64,000 nt of DNA from the NCBI RefSeq assembly GCF_006345805.1, contig NC_043006.1, positions 87,234,001 through 87,298,000 on the forward strand, given 5' to 3'. Both the position numbers and the translations under genes were made by a program. Below the pieces are notes generated by a model that was not told where the DNA came from, did not search any database, and was given only the letters and a program-made list of their open reading frames with translations. Numbering within the stretch: position 1 is the first letter of the stretch; every line of letters starts with the position of its first letter. This document shows positions 13,004 through 26,185 of the stretch, piece by piece. Source of the DNA: Octopus sinensis. Taxonomy: Eukaryota.

Positions 13004-14259
13004 GCATCAGTGTGTGTGTTATATTTGACAGGCATACATATAAGCCAGTGTTGCTGCATGTGTGCCAACAAGCATTCTGATTGTGGTACTGGATTGGACA
13101 ATTGGCCACAATGTCAGGAGTTCAACTCTTGCTAAATTCATTATGTTGTGATGCTAGACAAGTCATATTACTCTGTTTGACTTACTCAGCCAGCTGGAAA
13201 AAATAAATATCACTTCTAACTCAGGGATGAGTGGCTCCATGTCATGAGGTGCACCCAGCTGAATAAAATGTTGGCCTCAGCAATTCTTTCAGAAATATCC
13301 TACTTTATAATCTTTATTTCACTGTCCTACGATAACTTGGAAATTGTATACAAATATCTTGACATACATAAATATGCACATATGTACACACATGTATGCA
13401 TACAAACATATATTCACACACACACATATACATACATATATTCATATAACAATCTGGCAAATAGAAATATGAGTATATACATCATCATCATCATCATGTA
13501 TAAATATATATATATACGCACGCACATATATACATATATGTGTGTGTGCATTTGTATGTATGTATATATAAGAGAGAGATAGAGGAATAGATAACTAGAC
13601 CCTGTGTGTTTCTCTCCCTCTCTCCCTACATCCATCCATCCATCCATCCATACATACATACATACATACATACATACACACACTTACAAACATACATACA
13701 TTTATTTATATTTAAATGTCTATGGTGTAATTTTATTTCATTGTTTTATAGAATGAACTGGAAGCTAGAGAAATTTCTAGATAACGTACATTGGAATGTT
13801 ATATAGTTTGACTACAGTATAAATGATTAGAAAAAAGTAAGAAATAAAATTAAAAAAAAAACAGACAAAATAAAACTGCAACAAAAGCAAAACTGAATGT
13901 CAGAATGAATAAAGTGAAGTACATTTATGATGAAAATGTTGCTTTAACTTATAGATTATATTCTGTGAACTGAGCAAACTTATTAACAAAATATAAACAT
14001 TCGAAAAACAAAACAAAACAATATAAATGTAATACATAGGAAGAAAATATCAACTTCTGTTCCTTAAATTAAATCTGGGGCTGTCAGATTGTTTTAACAA
14101 TGATTTAAATATGCTTCATTTCAAACTAATATCAATTCAAAAACTCATTTTCTGATGAAAATTGGTGCATTAAATATGAAGTTGGTAGATCCATTCAATT
14201 TCATGGCGAGGAATACACAATAAAATAAAAGTGAATAGATAATAATGATGATGATGATG

Positions 14260-14304
<45 letters not shown>

Positions 14305-14317
14305 AAAAATAAAAAAA

Positions 14318-14358
<41 letters not shown>

Positions 14359-14519
14359 CAACAACAACAAAAACAACAACAATAGTTTCTAATCTAATAG
14401 CAATGATGATGATGATGATGATGATGATGTTATCAATGACATATACCATATTGAGTCTAGCATCATCAGCATCAGCAGTAAGAACAAGAATGGCAACAAG
14501 GAGAGCAAAGCAACTATTA

Positions 14520-14682
14520 TTGGTTTATTTCATATTACTGATCAGAAAATATAAATGACACCTCATTGAAGTGAGATATTCGTTGAAAATTGAAATATAT
14601 TGGTACTTCAATGCTCCTCATTATTTGTCTCAAATGTATTCACAGACATATTCGAGAAATGGAGAAAAATATCTTATGCAAA

Positions 14683-14718
<36 letters not shown>

Positions 14719-14764
14719 CACACATACGTATATATATATATATATACACACATACGTATATATA

Positions 14765-14806
<42 letters not shown>

Positions 14807-15480
14807 TCATACGTATATATATATATATATATATGTATTATATATATGTATATGTATGTATGCATTGAAAGAAATTCATTTTGTCATGAGTGATATGGCT
14901 GCTTTTTGTTACCAATGGTGTTGAGATGATAGTGGTGCTGGTTGGGATTGTTTTGGTAGTGGTTGTTTGTGTTGTTGTTGTTGTCTTAAATCCTGTTCTT
15001 TATTTCTTTTTCTGTTTTTTGTATGAGACACTTGATCTGTCGTGTTATAACAGTCTGCTAACAAAGACAAATTAGATGGCTCTATACTAACTTTGCACCA
15101 AAACAATCTACTGTAGTGGCGGCAGACAGTATTGTTTCTTTGAGTAATGTCTTTGCAAGTAAATATTGTGGAAATTTGTTAAGTAACACAGAAGAAGAAC
15201 AACAATTGTTATTATTGTTATGCCACCACCAATACTGATGCTACTACCATCAACATTATCCACAGTAACAGTAGTATCAATATATTCATCATTGATGGAA
15301 CTGTTGTTGTGGCTGTTATCACATGAAATATAATTCTCTGTACCTTTCAGTTTCAGTTGAACAAAACCGTAAATTTACTGAAGAAGGAACCAATATATTG
15401 CCAAGCGTGTTTATTTCTTATGTCATAACATAAATTCTCCAAAGATTACGATTACCTCATTTTCTTTCTGAGATGTTTAC
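14520..15480. repeat. unclassified diverged sequence duplicated in inverted orientation at ~34960-35690
   Basis: Collinear blocks, e.g. gaaaattgaaatatattggtacttcaa / ttgaagtaccaatatatttcaattttc and acttgatctgtcgtgttat / ataacacaacagatcaagt. Confidence 0.8.
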
Positions 15481-15734
15481 ACAAAGTATGTGTGTTTGTG
15501 TGTGCATGTACGAGTTATCTAACATTGATGCATTTAGCTAAACAAATTAGAGCCAAATCTGTGCATGCATACAGTCTTACCTATGTAAACTTACATGAAA
15601 TACATAAATAATCAAAGAAAACCTATGTATATACTGTCTACTTAATATCCACCGTCCTTGTAGATATGTCCAAAATATCTACTCATATACATTTCAGATA
15701 TGAGTAGATATTCAGAAAACAGATTCCATTACAA

Positions 15735-16282
15735 GCATGACCTTCATTTGTTGAGCCTCTCAGAGGCTATGACGAAAGACTGAGACCTCTGGAGATATGC
15801 TGTGACTTCGAAGACCTGACAAATGAAGTGAGTCCATGGCTCGCAGGACAGCCTGCTGTGCTAACCTTGGATCGTAGAGTTCTTGAGGAGACCTACTGAG
15901 TAAAGTACGTTAACACCAACATAAAAATGAAAATCAAATGGAAATTGTAGTTAAGATACCCGTACTGGTGACACGTTAAAAGCACCGTCTGAATGTGGCA
16001 GTTGCCAGCGCTGCCTGACTGGCGTCCGTGTCGGTGACACGTAAAAGCACCAACCAATCATGGCCGTTTGCTAGCCTCATCTGGCCCCTGTGCAGGTGGC
16101 ACGTAGAAAGCACCCACTACACTCATGGGGTGGTTGGCGTTAGGAAGGGCATCCAGCTGTAGAAACACTGCCAGATCAGACTGGAGCCTGGTGCAGCCTC
16201 CTGGCTTCCCAGACCCCAGTCGAATCGTCCAACCCAACTAGCATGGAAAACGGATGATGATGATGATGATAATGATGATGAT
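15735..16282 (+). mobile_element. 3' end of RTE LINE (3' UTR with ggtggcacgtaaaagcacc repeats and (GAT)n tail)
   Basis: HDL..L.L.EAMTKD-like end, repeated gtgacacgt(t/a)aaagcacc, gttggcgttaggaagggcatccagctgtag, gatgatgat tail. Confidence 0.85.
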
Positions 16283-16729
16283 GTACTCATATACAATTGT
16301 GGAATTAGAAACTGAGAAATGCTCTACTAATTCTAGATTTGAAGATGGACCAAGAAGAAAATTTGTAAAAGAGTTCAGTGTCTGTATAAAGTAAGTAGAA
16401 CTGCCGAAACTGACTCTGCACTAAATTTGGTGTAACTAGGTACTACCAGAGTAAAATGGAGCTATGAATTGGAATTTCCCTTCTTTGACTTTGGAACTGT
16501 TTTATCTATGCGACACCTGCTGATTTTTCCTCTTTCTGGATTCCTGATGATATTGATTATATGGTTTTGAGAAATATCACAAAGAATATGCAAGATGGTG
16601 TAAGCAGGAAGAAAAAATTGATATAATCATGAAATAATAATAAACAATACTTTCACATACATTCACATATTCTTTCTCTCTCACAAATATACACATTGTG
16701 TATATCTATGTGTGGTGCGTCTATTTTCA

Positions 16730-17115
16730 GGCTTCTTTCTTTTTCCATTTACTAAATCCACTCACAAAGCTCAGATTGGCTCAGAGCTAAAGTAGAAGGC
16801 ACTTGCACAGATGTCACACAATGAGACTCAACCCCAAACCACATGGTTGATAAATGAACTGTTTGATCAGAAACCCCTGCTTGCAGTTATATCTACAACT
16901 CTCTATGTGTGTGTATTTGTACTACGGGCACAAAGCCTGATATTATGGAGGAGGTGGGCTAGTAAATTACATCAATGCCAGTGCTCAACAGATACTTATT
17001 TTATCAACCTTGGAAGAATGAAAGACAGCTCCAACCTCGGCAGAATTTGAACTTAGAACATAAAGATAAATGAAATGCCATTAAGCATTTTGTCTAGCAT
17101 GCTAACAGTTTTACC
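16730..17115 (-). mobile_element. decayed SINE B fragment followed by a decayed SINE A fragment
   Basis: aaatccactcacaaagc...aaccacatggttg (B) and cctcggcagaatttgaacttagaac (A). Confidence 0.7.
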
Positions 17116-17191
17116 AGCTCTACCAGCTCTCTTGTTTGGGTGTGCATGTATACATACATACACATGCAATACACACACTTATGCTTGTATA

Positions 17192-17267
<76 letters not shown>

Positions 17268-17816
17268 CACACACACACATACACACACAAATATACAGTG
17301 TATGTGTTATGTGTATTAAGACAGTTAAAAGCCTGCATTTACATATTCAAAAGTACACGTATATATATGTACACATGCACCAGAATATCTAGTCACATGC
17401 ATATACACACACACCCTCTCTCTCTCTCATCTGCACATGCATAATCCTATTAGAATGTTACATAAACCACCATTGGATTCAAGCAAAATTGGTAAATTGG
17501 GCAGAAACCATTGGTATGCTTCTTTAAGCCTTATCCTCAGAATTGTTTTACAGATGTAATTATGTTTCATATATCTTAACTGATAGAACATCTAGCATTT
17601 GTCTTTACGAGGAAAATGGTTGACTTTTTTTTAAACCATGTATAAATGTTTTATGTCATGTATCTCAAGATTGTCACATCACTTATTGTTGTTCCAATAT
17701 TTGCTTTGACTCAATTAGGCATTTGTTTTCCATTTACATTTTTTTTCTTCTTATTCTGCAAGAAATCTCATTGTTGAAGTTACCTCAGATTTAATTTGAG
17801 GTTTATTGAAAAAAAA

Positions 17817-17819
<3 letters not shown>

Positions 17820-17864
<45 letters not shown>

Positions 17865-18205
17865 ATTACATACATATACACATACATATATATATATTAC
17901 ATACATATACATATATACATGTATTCAGACATATATATACATATATACATGTATACATACATGCATATACATATATACATGTATACATACATGCATATAC
18001 ATATACACATGTATACATACATATATATATATATATTACATACATATACATATATACATGTATACATATATACATGTATACATATACACATGTATACATG
18101 TATATATACATATACATATATACATGTATACATATACACATGTATACATGTATATATATATATATATGTATATATATACATATATCCATGTATATATATA
18201 CATAT

Positions 18206-18299
<94 letters not shown>

Positions 18300-18310
18300 T
18301 TATTTATTTA
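17820..18310. repeat. compound (TA)n/(TACA)n microsatellite
   Basis: Seen directly. Similar tracts at 14680-14860, 17188-17265, 25380-25690, 26000-26200 and 34360-34420. Confidence 0.95.
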
Positions 18311-18313
18311 TAT

Positions 18314-18839
18314 GCAAGGTGCAAACAAAAAGTATTGGGACTAGTGTTATGGTAATGAAGCTAAAGGAAGCAGTCTGCTTGCCACAGACTGACCTTGAAC
18401 TTTGATGCACATGCACACTAAGTTATAGAATTTTCTGGCTCACTTTTCGCAATGCTTGAAAGTAAAGTGTGTAAAGGGTGGTCATCTCAAAAAAATCAAA
18501 TTTCAGCTGTGCAGGATCTCCTTTGCTGTGTTGAGGAAGACGAAAACTTTCTGAAGGCAGTTATAAAAGGTGACAGATTGTAGGTTTATTGCTATGACAC
18601 CAAAACTAAGGTTCAGTCTTCATGGTGGAAAACCCCAACAAGATTTCAAGACATCTCGCTAACCCAAGAGAATGGGATGAGGCAGCTGCTTATTATCTCC
18701 AAAAAGGAGTTCCAGGAATGCTTTCATCAATGGAAACAATATCAGATAAAGTATATGGCTTCAGAATGAGAAATGCCAAATTGATGCGTTGTAGTTTTCT
18801 TTATATAACACCAGTCCCAATACTTTTGACCAGACCTCG
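18314..18839 (+). mobile_element. internally deleted mariner element
   Basis: TIRs aaaagtattgggactagtgttat / ataacaccagtcccaatactttt; internal decayed ENFLKAVIKGD..*VYCYDTKTKVQS resembling ITGDETWVYGYDPETKxQS. Confidence 0.75.
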
Positions 18840-20449
18840 TGTGTGTGTGTGTGTGTGTGTATTTGTGTATACATACTGTTCCATGAAGGTAAGATCAACA
18901 AAAAAGGTACTCCATCTGGAGTACTTTACCCTCCAATTGGGCTCAAAAAGCAAAAGAATTAATAGTTGTATACACAGTTCAGGCAAACTAATGTACAGAA
19001 TCACAAAAGAGTTCAGGAAAATAATGATAATTGGCCTTTCTCTCAACTACCTTATTTGTTCATTGCAGGCACACAAAAAAAAATCAGGAGAATTACAATT
19101 GCAGGCCTATTCCTCAACTACAGTATTTGTTCATCTAACACACTACTTTCCTCATCACTTTGGTTGTCCAAATCACTCTCATTGTCTGCAGAAAGAGAAA
19201 ATTTTTATCTGAAGAATAAATATCATCAATAATTTCCTCAACTGTAAAGAGTCTAGGCGTTGCTTATTTTCCAGAAAAAGTGCTGGATTTGTCACAGGCT
19301 TGTTTCATCACAGAAGATCCAAATTCTTTTAATTAAAAACAAAACTAAGCAACATTAATAATGAGTCTTAAATAAATTGACTACAAAACTGTGATGTGAT
19401 CAGTTATCGATTTTTAGTATTTCGTCTTTTCTATGTGTGTTGTTCATTACTGCTTTAATGGGAATCCAGTACAGATAATGTTTTGGATATTCCTGATATA
19501 CTGGGAGCACAGTGTGATAGGGTTAATGGCACACAACCACTCATTAAAAAAATTAGAAATTTCTAGGTTTATCTTAACTGTAGATATATGTGTGAACATA
19601 GCTATCAAAATAGTAGTATTAGATAAGTACACAAAAGTAATAAAATGAAATAATTATACTCTTTTAATCTGATGAAAAAATTTCACCAGACATACTGGCT
19701 TTAATCTTCAGGGATAGAAAATACTCCAGCTCCTAACAACTACTGATCCACAATGGAATGAGATGCCCTGCACCTTACTTGGAGTCTTGGATGTCTGCTA
19801 CATATATACATGTATCTCACCCAGTGGACTGGCTCACTGAATCACTCACCAACATACTCTAATCTCTATCACACAGATGTAATGTTTCTTCATACTGTCT
19901 TTGTTACTTTTGGTTTCAATACCAATGGTCATGCTTACAAAAAAAAAAAAAAAAAGAAAGCACATCTCCCATGACTTCCAGGATCATTTTTTTCACTTTC
20001 AGAATTATTGAAGCATGGAATAAACTATCTGCATCAGTGGTTGGTTGTTGGGACATTACATTCTTCAGAACGTCCATACTTCCTGAAATTTGCCAATAGT
20101 ACACTTGATGCCCCACATTCTTTTTTGTAATGAGTTGTTCTATATTATTCAATGCACTTTTGCTACTTTTTCTGATGAGTTGTAGTGCATCTGAGCATGG
20201 TATTCTACAATTTTCATTTTCATTACCATCTGTCAATTAACTTTGATAGTGAAACTAAAACTGAAAATGACAATATTCCTTATATTTTTCCTATAGACCT
20301 AATACAAAATAAAGACTAGTTAGCTAATTAATAAAATGGTTGCAAATCCCCCTTCACCAATTTACTACAATCCACAAACACAAAGTGCACATTTGCCATG
20401 CCCACAGGATTCATTCATCTCCTGTTTTTGTCATTTTTACTATATCTTA

Positions 20450-21732
20450 CTAGGGACGTTCAATAAGTAATGCCCCTGACCTACTTCCCATAGCAGTAGA
20501 GCAACGAAACTTGGCACAGTTATTAGTATTTTTCTACATAGGAACCACCCAGAGTTACGCATTTCTCCCATTGTTTGATGCAGCTCTGGAGACCGTTTTT
20601 TTAGGAGACCCCAGCTTGGTCTTCCAACCACAACGTGACTTCAGAAATCAAGGCTGCATAATCTGGGAACTGCTTTTCTTTCAAAAACAACTTCATGGCT
20701 GGGAAGAGGTGAAAATCAGAGGGTGCAAGGTCAGGAGAGTAGGGGCGATGAGTTCATAGCCGCACGCCTGTGCTTCTGATCTGGCGATACGCAAGATGTG
20801 GACCGGAGCGTTGTCCTGCAGGAGGAGTATGCCTTTGCTGATCTTGCCCCACCTCTTGATTTTGATAGCTTCTCTTAATTTTCTCAAAAGTGAAGCATAA
20901 TAGGCTCCTGTAATTGTGGTACCCTTTGCCAGGAAATCAGTCATCACTACTCTGTCCTGGTCCCAGAAGACTGTGAGCATGACCTTGCCAGCGGAGGGCT
21001 GCACCTTTGCCTTCTTTGGAGGTGAGTCACGGTGCTTCCACTGCATTGACTCGGCTTTGGTCTCTGGATCATAGTGATGGACCCAGGTTTCATCCTGTGT
21101 AATCAGTCTTTTGAAAAATTTTGACTCATCTTCTTGGCACATCTCCAAATTCATCCTCGAGCACTCGATGCGTTCTTGCTTCTGGAAAGGTGTGAGCAGC
21201 CTGGGAATCCATCTGGCAGACACCTTTTGCATATGCAAATGGTCATGAATGATAGTTTCCACAGACCTGGTACTAATCTTGACCTCATGGGCTATTTGGC
21301 AAATAGTTATGCGTCGATCTTCCAAAATGGCAGCCTCAACTTGACGGACAGATGCCTCATCAATGGCAGAAGGGGGGCGACCAGATTTGGGAGCTGTTTC
21401 CACAGAGTTCCGACCATGTTTGAATTCACGATGCCAGCGTTTTACAAGGTCATATGATGGGGCATCATCACCATAAGTTACTTTCATTTCATCAAAAGTC
21501 TCCCGTGGTGTGCGTCCTTTCAAATACAAAAACCGGATCACTGCTCGACACTCAACAGGCTCCATTTCACACTTGACTTAGTTCAAACACCTGTAAATCA
21601 GAAACCACAATTAGTTCAGAGCTGTAATTTTTCACTTAATCTATAAAGTTATAAATAATTGCATATGCAAAATTTCAGCTAGATCAAACAAATGCAAGTG
21701 GGTCAGAGGCATTACTTATTGAACGCCCCTCG
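20450..21732 (-). mobile_element. full-length mariner (DD34D) DNA transposon
   Basis: ~33-bp TIRs ctagggacgttcaataagtaatgcccctgacc / ggtcagaggcattacttattgaacgcccctcg, TA on both sides, 1283 bp. Confidence 0.95.
20520..21565 (-). pseudogene. mariner transposase, frameshifted near C-terminus
   Basis: 290-aa ORF with HTH, WIPRLL, TQDETW, QDNAP; PYSPDLAPSDFHLFP...WEKCVTLGGSYVEKY continues in another frame with one stop. Confidence 0.92.
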
Positions 21733-21942
21733 TACACAGCTCTCTCCTTATTCCATGGTAAATACTTTCCCAGCCACTCTCTCTCAGAGCTGCACATATC
21801 TCACAAGTTGCCCTGATTCACATTTTTCATTTGCTCAAGTTTAACATCAATTGTTTCAATGTCAATTGCAGTGTGGAAGGTGTTTATAAGCCATTTAAGA
21901 AACACACAAAACCGTTAGATTCACTTCAACATTTAAATTTAA

Positions 21943-21993
21943 TTTGTCAAAATATTTTCGTCGCTTTGAGACCGCGACCTGTTCACTGACAAA
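21943..21993 (-). ncRNA. minimal type I hammerhead with G3-C8 covariation
   Basis: tttgtca GTGAACA g gtcgc ggtctcaaa gcgac GAAA atat TT tgacaaa: 7-bp stem I, 5-bp stem II, palindromic AAUAUU stem III. Confidence 0.75.
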
Positions 21994-23129
21994 GTTTCAT
22001 GCTGAAAATATGCACACAAACACATTCACATATATAAATGCAACTAAAAATTACATAAAAAAAACGTTTCTATACTGGTTTCCATTACGTTTCTGTGACA
22101 ATACTGGGTACCATCCCCAAGTGTTAAGTCAATCATATCAACACGAATATCTATTTTATCAACCTGTATTTTTCAAGCCACAATGTTATGGAGCATAAAT
22201 AGTTACACAATAACTAACACTTGTATGAACTTAGACACATAAACACACTCACATACATGTGCATATACAAAATAATTTTCAAACACAGGGCTTGAGAAAA
22301 CTAATAGTTGAATATCTTTGGTAAAAATTATTTTATGAAGCTTGCAAATTTGGATGTTTAATCAACCTTGACCAAATTTATGAACTTTTCTAAATAATTC
22401 TTGCTGAACAAGCTAACACTATTTCCCTTAAACTTTATCTTTTAAATTGTATATATATATATATATATATATTACAATACCATTTACAAAGTTCTACTAT
22501 CTATACAAATTATGATCAAATATGTAGAAAATACACAGAAATAGTTTTGCATTTAGGAACAGGAATCATATCAACTTTCAAGGATAGAGTTGAGTACACT
22601 CTACTACTTTGTAACTATCTATAAAAATATCTATAAAGTACTAAATTAAATTAGAAAATTTTTCCTTGAGACTGAAGTAATGTGCAAGGAACCATATAGC
22701 TACAAAATATAAATATATCTTACTCAGTATGAAATCTTTTCTATACAATGTAATATATCAAAACTGATCCAATGGAGGAGTTTCTATATGGCTTCACTAT
22801 CTGCAAGAAATAGCAACCAAATTTCTTTCAAATCAAATACTTTTGTCTGAAACAACGAAGATACATTGGAAAACATGGTGCAAAATAATCATAAAAGAGA
22901 CGTAATGGTTAAGACTAGAAAACTGATGTTCAAGGGTTATTGCTGTGAGTGTGCATAGAAATTTGCTTGCAAGCAATTCTTGTCTTTCTTGGCAAAGTAT
23001 AAGTATGCCCTTATGAGGAAATGTTACTCAAATTTCTTTAGTAAAAAAAGTAATAAATTTCATGGTGTAAAGTTTGTGCACTAATTGTAAAATGTAGGCA
23101 CACATGCAAGAGCACAGCATAAACATAAC

Positions 23130-23337
23130 GCTGTTCATATAGATTTGCCCAATGATGGGAAGAGTTTAGGTTAAACAACAAATTTATATCTCCTTGTTTC
23201 TTTCTGTGTTCCTTTCTGTGGAAGAGCGTAGGCTAGAAACATAACAGACTTTTTCAATTCCTAAGTGTTATACTTATACATCTGTTTGTTTTCTACACCA
23301 CCTGTCTTTGTCTTTCGTTTTTTTTTGTGAATTCTCC

Positions 23338-23340
<3 letters not shown>
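23130..23340 (+). mobile_element. short HHR-like solo repeat (PLE pLTR-type) ending at (TA)n
   Basis: cttt CTGTGGA agagcgtaggcta GAAA ca TA acag at 23212-23248; homologous to 29772-29965. Confidence 0.6.
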
Positions 23341-23396
<56 letters not shown>

Positions 23397-23444
23397 TACA
23401 TACACATACACATATATGTGTGTGGGTGTATGAGGGTGTGTCTT

Positions 23445-23645
23445 TTATCTTTTACTTGTTTCAGTCATTAGACTGCAACCATGCTTGGGCACCACCTTGA
23501 AGAACTTGACTCGATCCCCAGTACTTTTTTAAACCCGGTACTAATTTTATCAATCTTCTGTAGAATCACTAAGTTGAAGGGATGTAAACACACCAACACC
23601 AGTTGTCAAGCAGTGGTGAGGGACAAACACAGACAAAAAGACACA
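23445..23645 (-). mobile_element. SINE B 3' fragment
   Basis: ttttacttgtttcagtcattagactgc...acaccaacaccagttgtcaagc. Confidence 0.8.
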
Positions 23646-23653
23646 CACATATA

Positions 23654-24332
23654 CAGGGAGCAATGGATAAAGTGTCACCATTTTATATTTTTAATTTTGC
23701 ACATGTGCATTGTAAGTTTTTGATTTTATCAACTGCACAGTATAGTACTACATAGTATAGTAGGGTCAGTTGGGCACTATTTGTGAGGTAAAAAGCCCCA
23801 TGATGCAATTCACTCTGCCATAGATTTGGAATTGACATGCTGTACTGCTTGGCATTCACACTGGAAGCTCCAGTCCAAACATTTCAGAGTGTTGGGTGTC
23901 AATGTGAGTCCCCAAAACAAGTGATGAGAGTGATAAAAATTAAACATCCAGTCAACATCATAGTGATGGTGACATTATGCCTCCATTCACCTTCCCACAC
24001 AGCCTCACACACAACACGGAGGTCTACATCAAGTGCTTGGAAGAAATAGTGCTGTCCTGAGTCAAGTGTGTGGCAAGTGGTGCTGCCCTGGGTCAAGTCT
24101 GTTGCCAGACATAGGGAAGGGACCCTATGTCTGGCAACAAGACTCTGCACCATGCCACACAAGTGGGAGAACCCATGTTATGGTAGACAGACAATTTTTG
24201 TGACCACATCATCCTTAATATCTGGCCACCTAACTCCCCAGACTGCAACCCTCTTGATTATTATGTGTGGGGTGCAGTTGAGCGAGAGACCAAGAAAACT
24301 TGTAACAGCAAAAATGAACTGAAGGCAAGGAT
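23654..24332 (+). mobile_element. decayed maT/DD37D-like Tc1-mariner fragment
   Basis: Starts ta|cagggagc; encodes WQQDSAPCHTSGRT and WPPNSPDCNPLDYYVWGAVERET. Confidence 0.8.
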
Positions 24333-24333
24333 C

Positions 24334-24492
24334 ATTGGAATGTAGAAACCTTGGATATCAAACCTTGGAATTTAAAAACCTTGGAACGTAGAAGAAACCT
24401 TGGATATCGAACATTGGAATGTAGAAACCTTGGATATCGAACCTTGGAATGTAGAAACCTTGGGTATTGAACTTTGCAATGTCGAACTTTGG
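24334..24492. repeat. 15/30-bp minisatellite
   Basis: Alternating ccttggaatgtagaaa-like and ccttggatatcgaa-like units, about 10 copies. Confidence 0.9.
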
Positions 24493-25401
24493 ACCCAAAT
24501 GTGACACAGAAATTATTTTAAAACTGACAAGTAAAAAGTTCTGACAAATTCCTGGAGCATAGAATAATTCCATAAATGCCTAACACAAAGCTCAAAGTGC
24601 AGGAACTAAACAGACAATCATAGCTTCCAGAATCCAACTGAACAAAACTGTCGCAAAAACTGAGGTGGGGAGTAAAATTATCTCTATTTATAAAGTTTGC
24701 TGGCGGGTAGCCAATTTGTCATAGTTTCAGTTTTGGCTAATAACTATAGCGTCCCCCATTTTAACAATGGACTTGCAGCATGAAAGCTGTTTTCCTGTTT
24801 ACTTCACATTATAATTTATAATTTCATAACAATGTCCATCAAATTTGAGAATGAGTAAAGACAGAGAAAAATTATTGAAATGCAAAAAATTCATATATGA
24901 ACGTGAAAAGTACACATTCTAGTTTAGAGAAAATTACGTAATGAGCTTTTGCTGTTGTAACTGTTAAGAGAAAGAAAAAAAAAGTAGGAGTTGAAAGGAA
25001 GACAATACTTAGACGAAAAATTTTTGTGTTCGTGCTTAGATGCATGTTTACATACACAGATACATACATATATACACACATATACATACATACGCACATA
25101 TATACGCACAGATACACACATAATCACACACGCACATCCAAGTATATGGGCATATACATATAACTAGATACACACGCATATGCCCATGTATGGACGAATA
25201 TATACATATGTATAGGAACTCATATACAAAGGTACACACGTGTATATATGCATAAATATACGTACATAGCATAGATAAATATGTGCATATATTCATAAAT
25301 AAAGCAAGATGCAGAAGTCTGTGCAAAGATTGACACACACAAATGTATTAATACACTCGTATATACACATAAGTAAATATATATACATATATATATATAT
25401 G

Positions 25402-25477
<76 letters not shown>

Positions 25478-25777
25478 TACATATAAACATATATACATAT
25501 ATGTATTCATATACACACATAAACACATGCCTGCATACACGTATACACATATTCACACTAATATATAAATACACCTACAAAAACGCAAATGCACACAGAT
25601 GAATACGTAGACATATATATACGCATACATACACATATATACATATACACACATACATACACACATATATATATATATATACATATATATTAATAATGTG
25701 TTTACTATTTATTATTATTGTTTACAAACAATACACAATGCGTGAACTACAATACTCTCCTGTATATATATATATAC

Positions 25778-25997
25778 GGCGGCGAGCTGGCAGAGTCGTT
25801 AGCACGCCGGGCGAAATGCTTAGCGGTATCTCGTCTGCCGTTACGTTCAGAGTTCAAATTCCGCCGAGGTCGACTTTGCCTTTCATCCTTTCGGGGTCGA
25901 TAAATTAAGTACCAGTTACGCACTGGGGTCGATGTAATCGACTTAATCCGTTTGTCTGTCGTTGTTTGTCCCCTCTATGTTTAGCCCCTTGTGGGTA
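25778..25997 (+). mobile_element. SINE family A (young) inserted in the loop of a small fold-back
   Basis: Near-consensus, CpG-rich copy. Confidence 0.9.
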
Positions 25998-26009
25998 ATA
26001 TATATATAT

Positions 26010-26065
<56 letters not shown>

Positions 26066-26143
26066 GAGAGTATTGTAGTTCACGCATTGTGTATTGTTTG
26101 TAAACAATAATAATAATAATAATAATAATATAATAATAATAAT

Positions 26144-26185
<42 letters not shown>

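Noticed and set aside
16337-16390. 54-nt plus-strand micro-exon (ctAG...|GTAAGT, FEDGPRRKFVKEFSVCI)
   Set aside because: Weak polypyrimidine tract, opposite strand to the better exon candidate, and expected by chance.
13244-18355. Many ORFs rich in YI/HT/CV dipeptides (also around 1305-2171, 24872-27539, 43546-44854)
   Set aside because: They are translations of (TA)n/(CA)n microsatellites, not proteins.
18890-19330. Acidic minus-strand stretch resembling a piggyBac N-terminus
   Set aside because: Too decayed; no TTAA/TIR or catalytic motifs identified.
20693-21565. Active or domesticated mariner transposase
   Set aside because: A frameshift removes the third catalytic Asp from the ORF, and a stop lies downstream.
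24334-24492. Short repeats as a possible CRISPR array
   Set aside because: Contiguous 15/30-bp units without unique spacers, eukaryotic context and no cas genes; it is a minisatellite.
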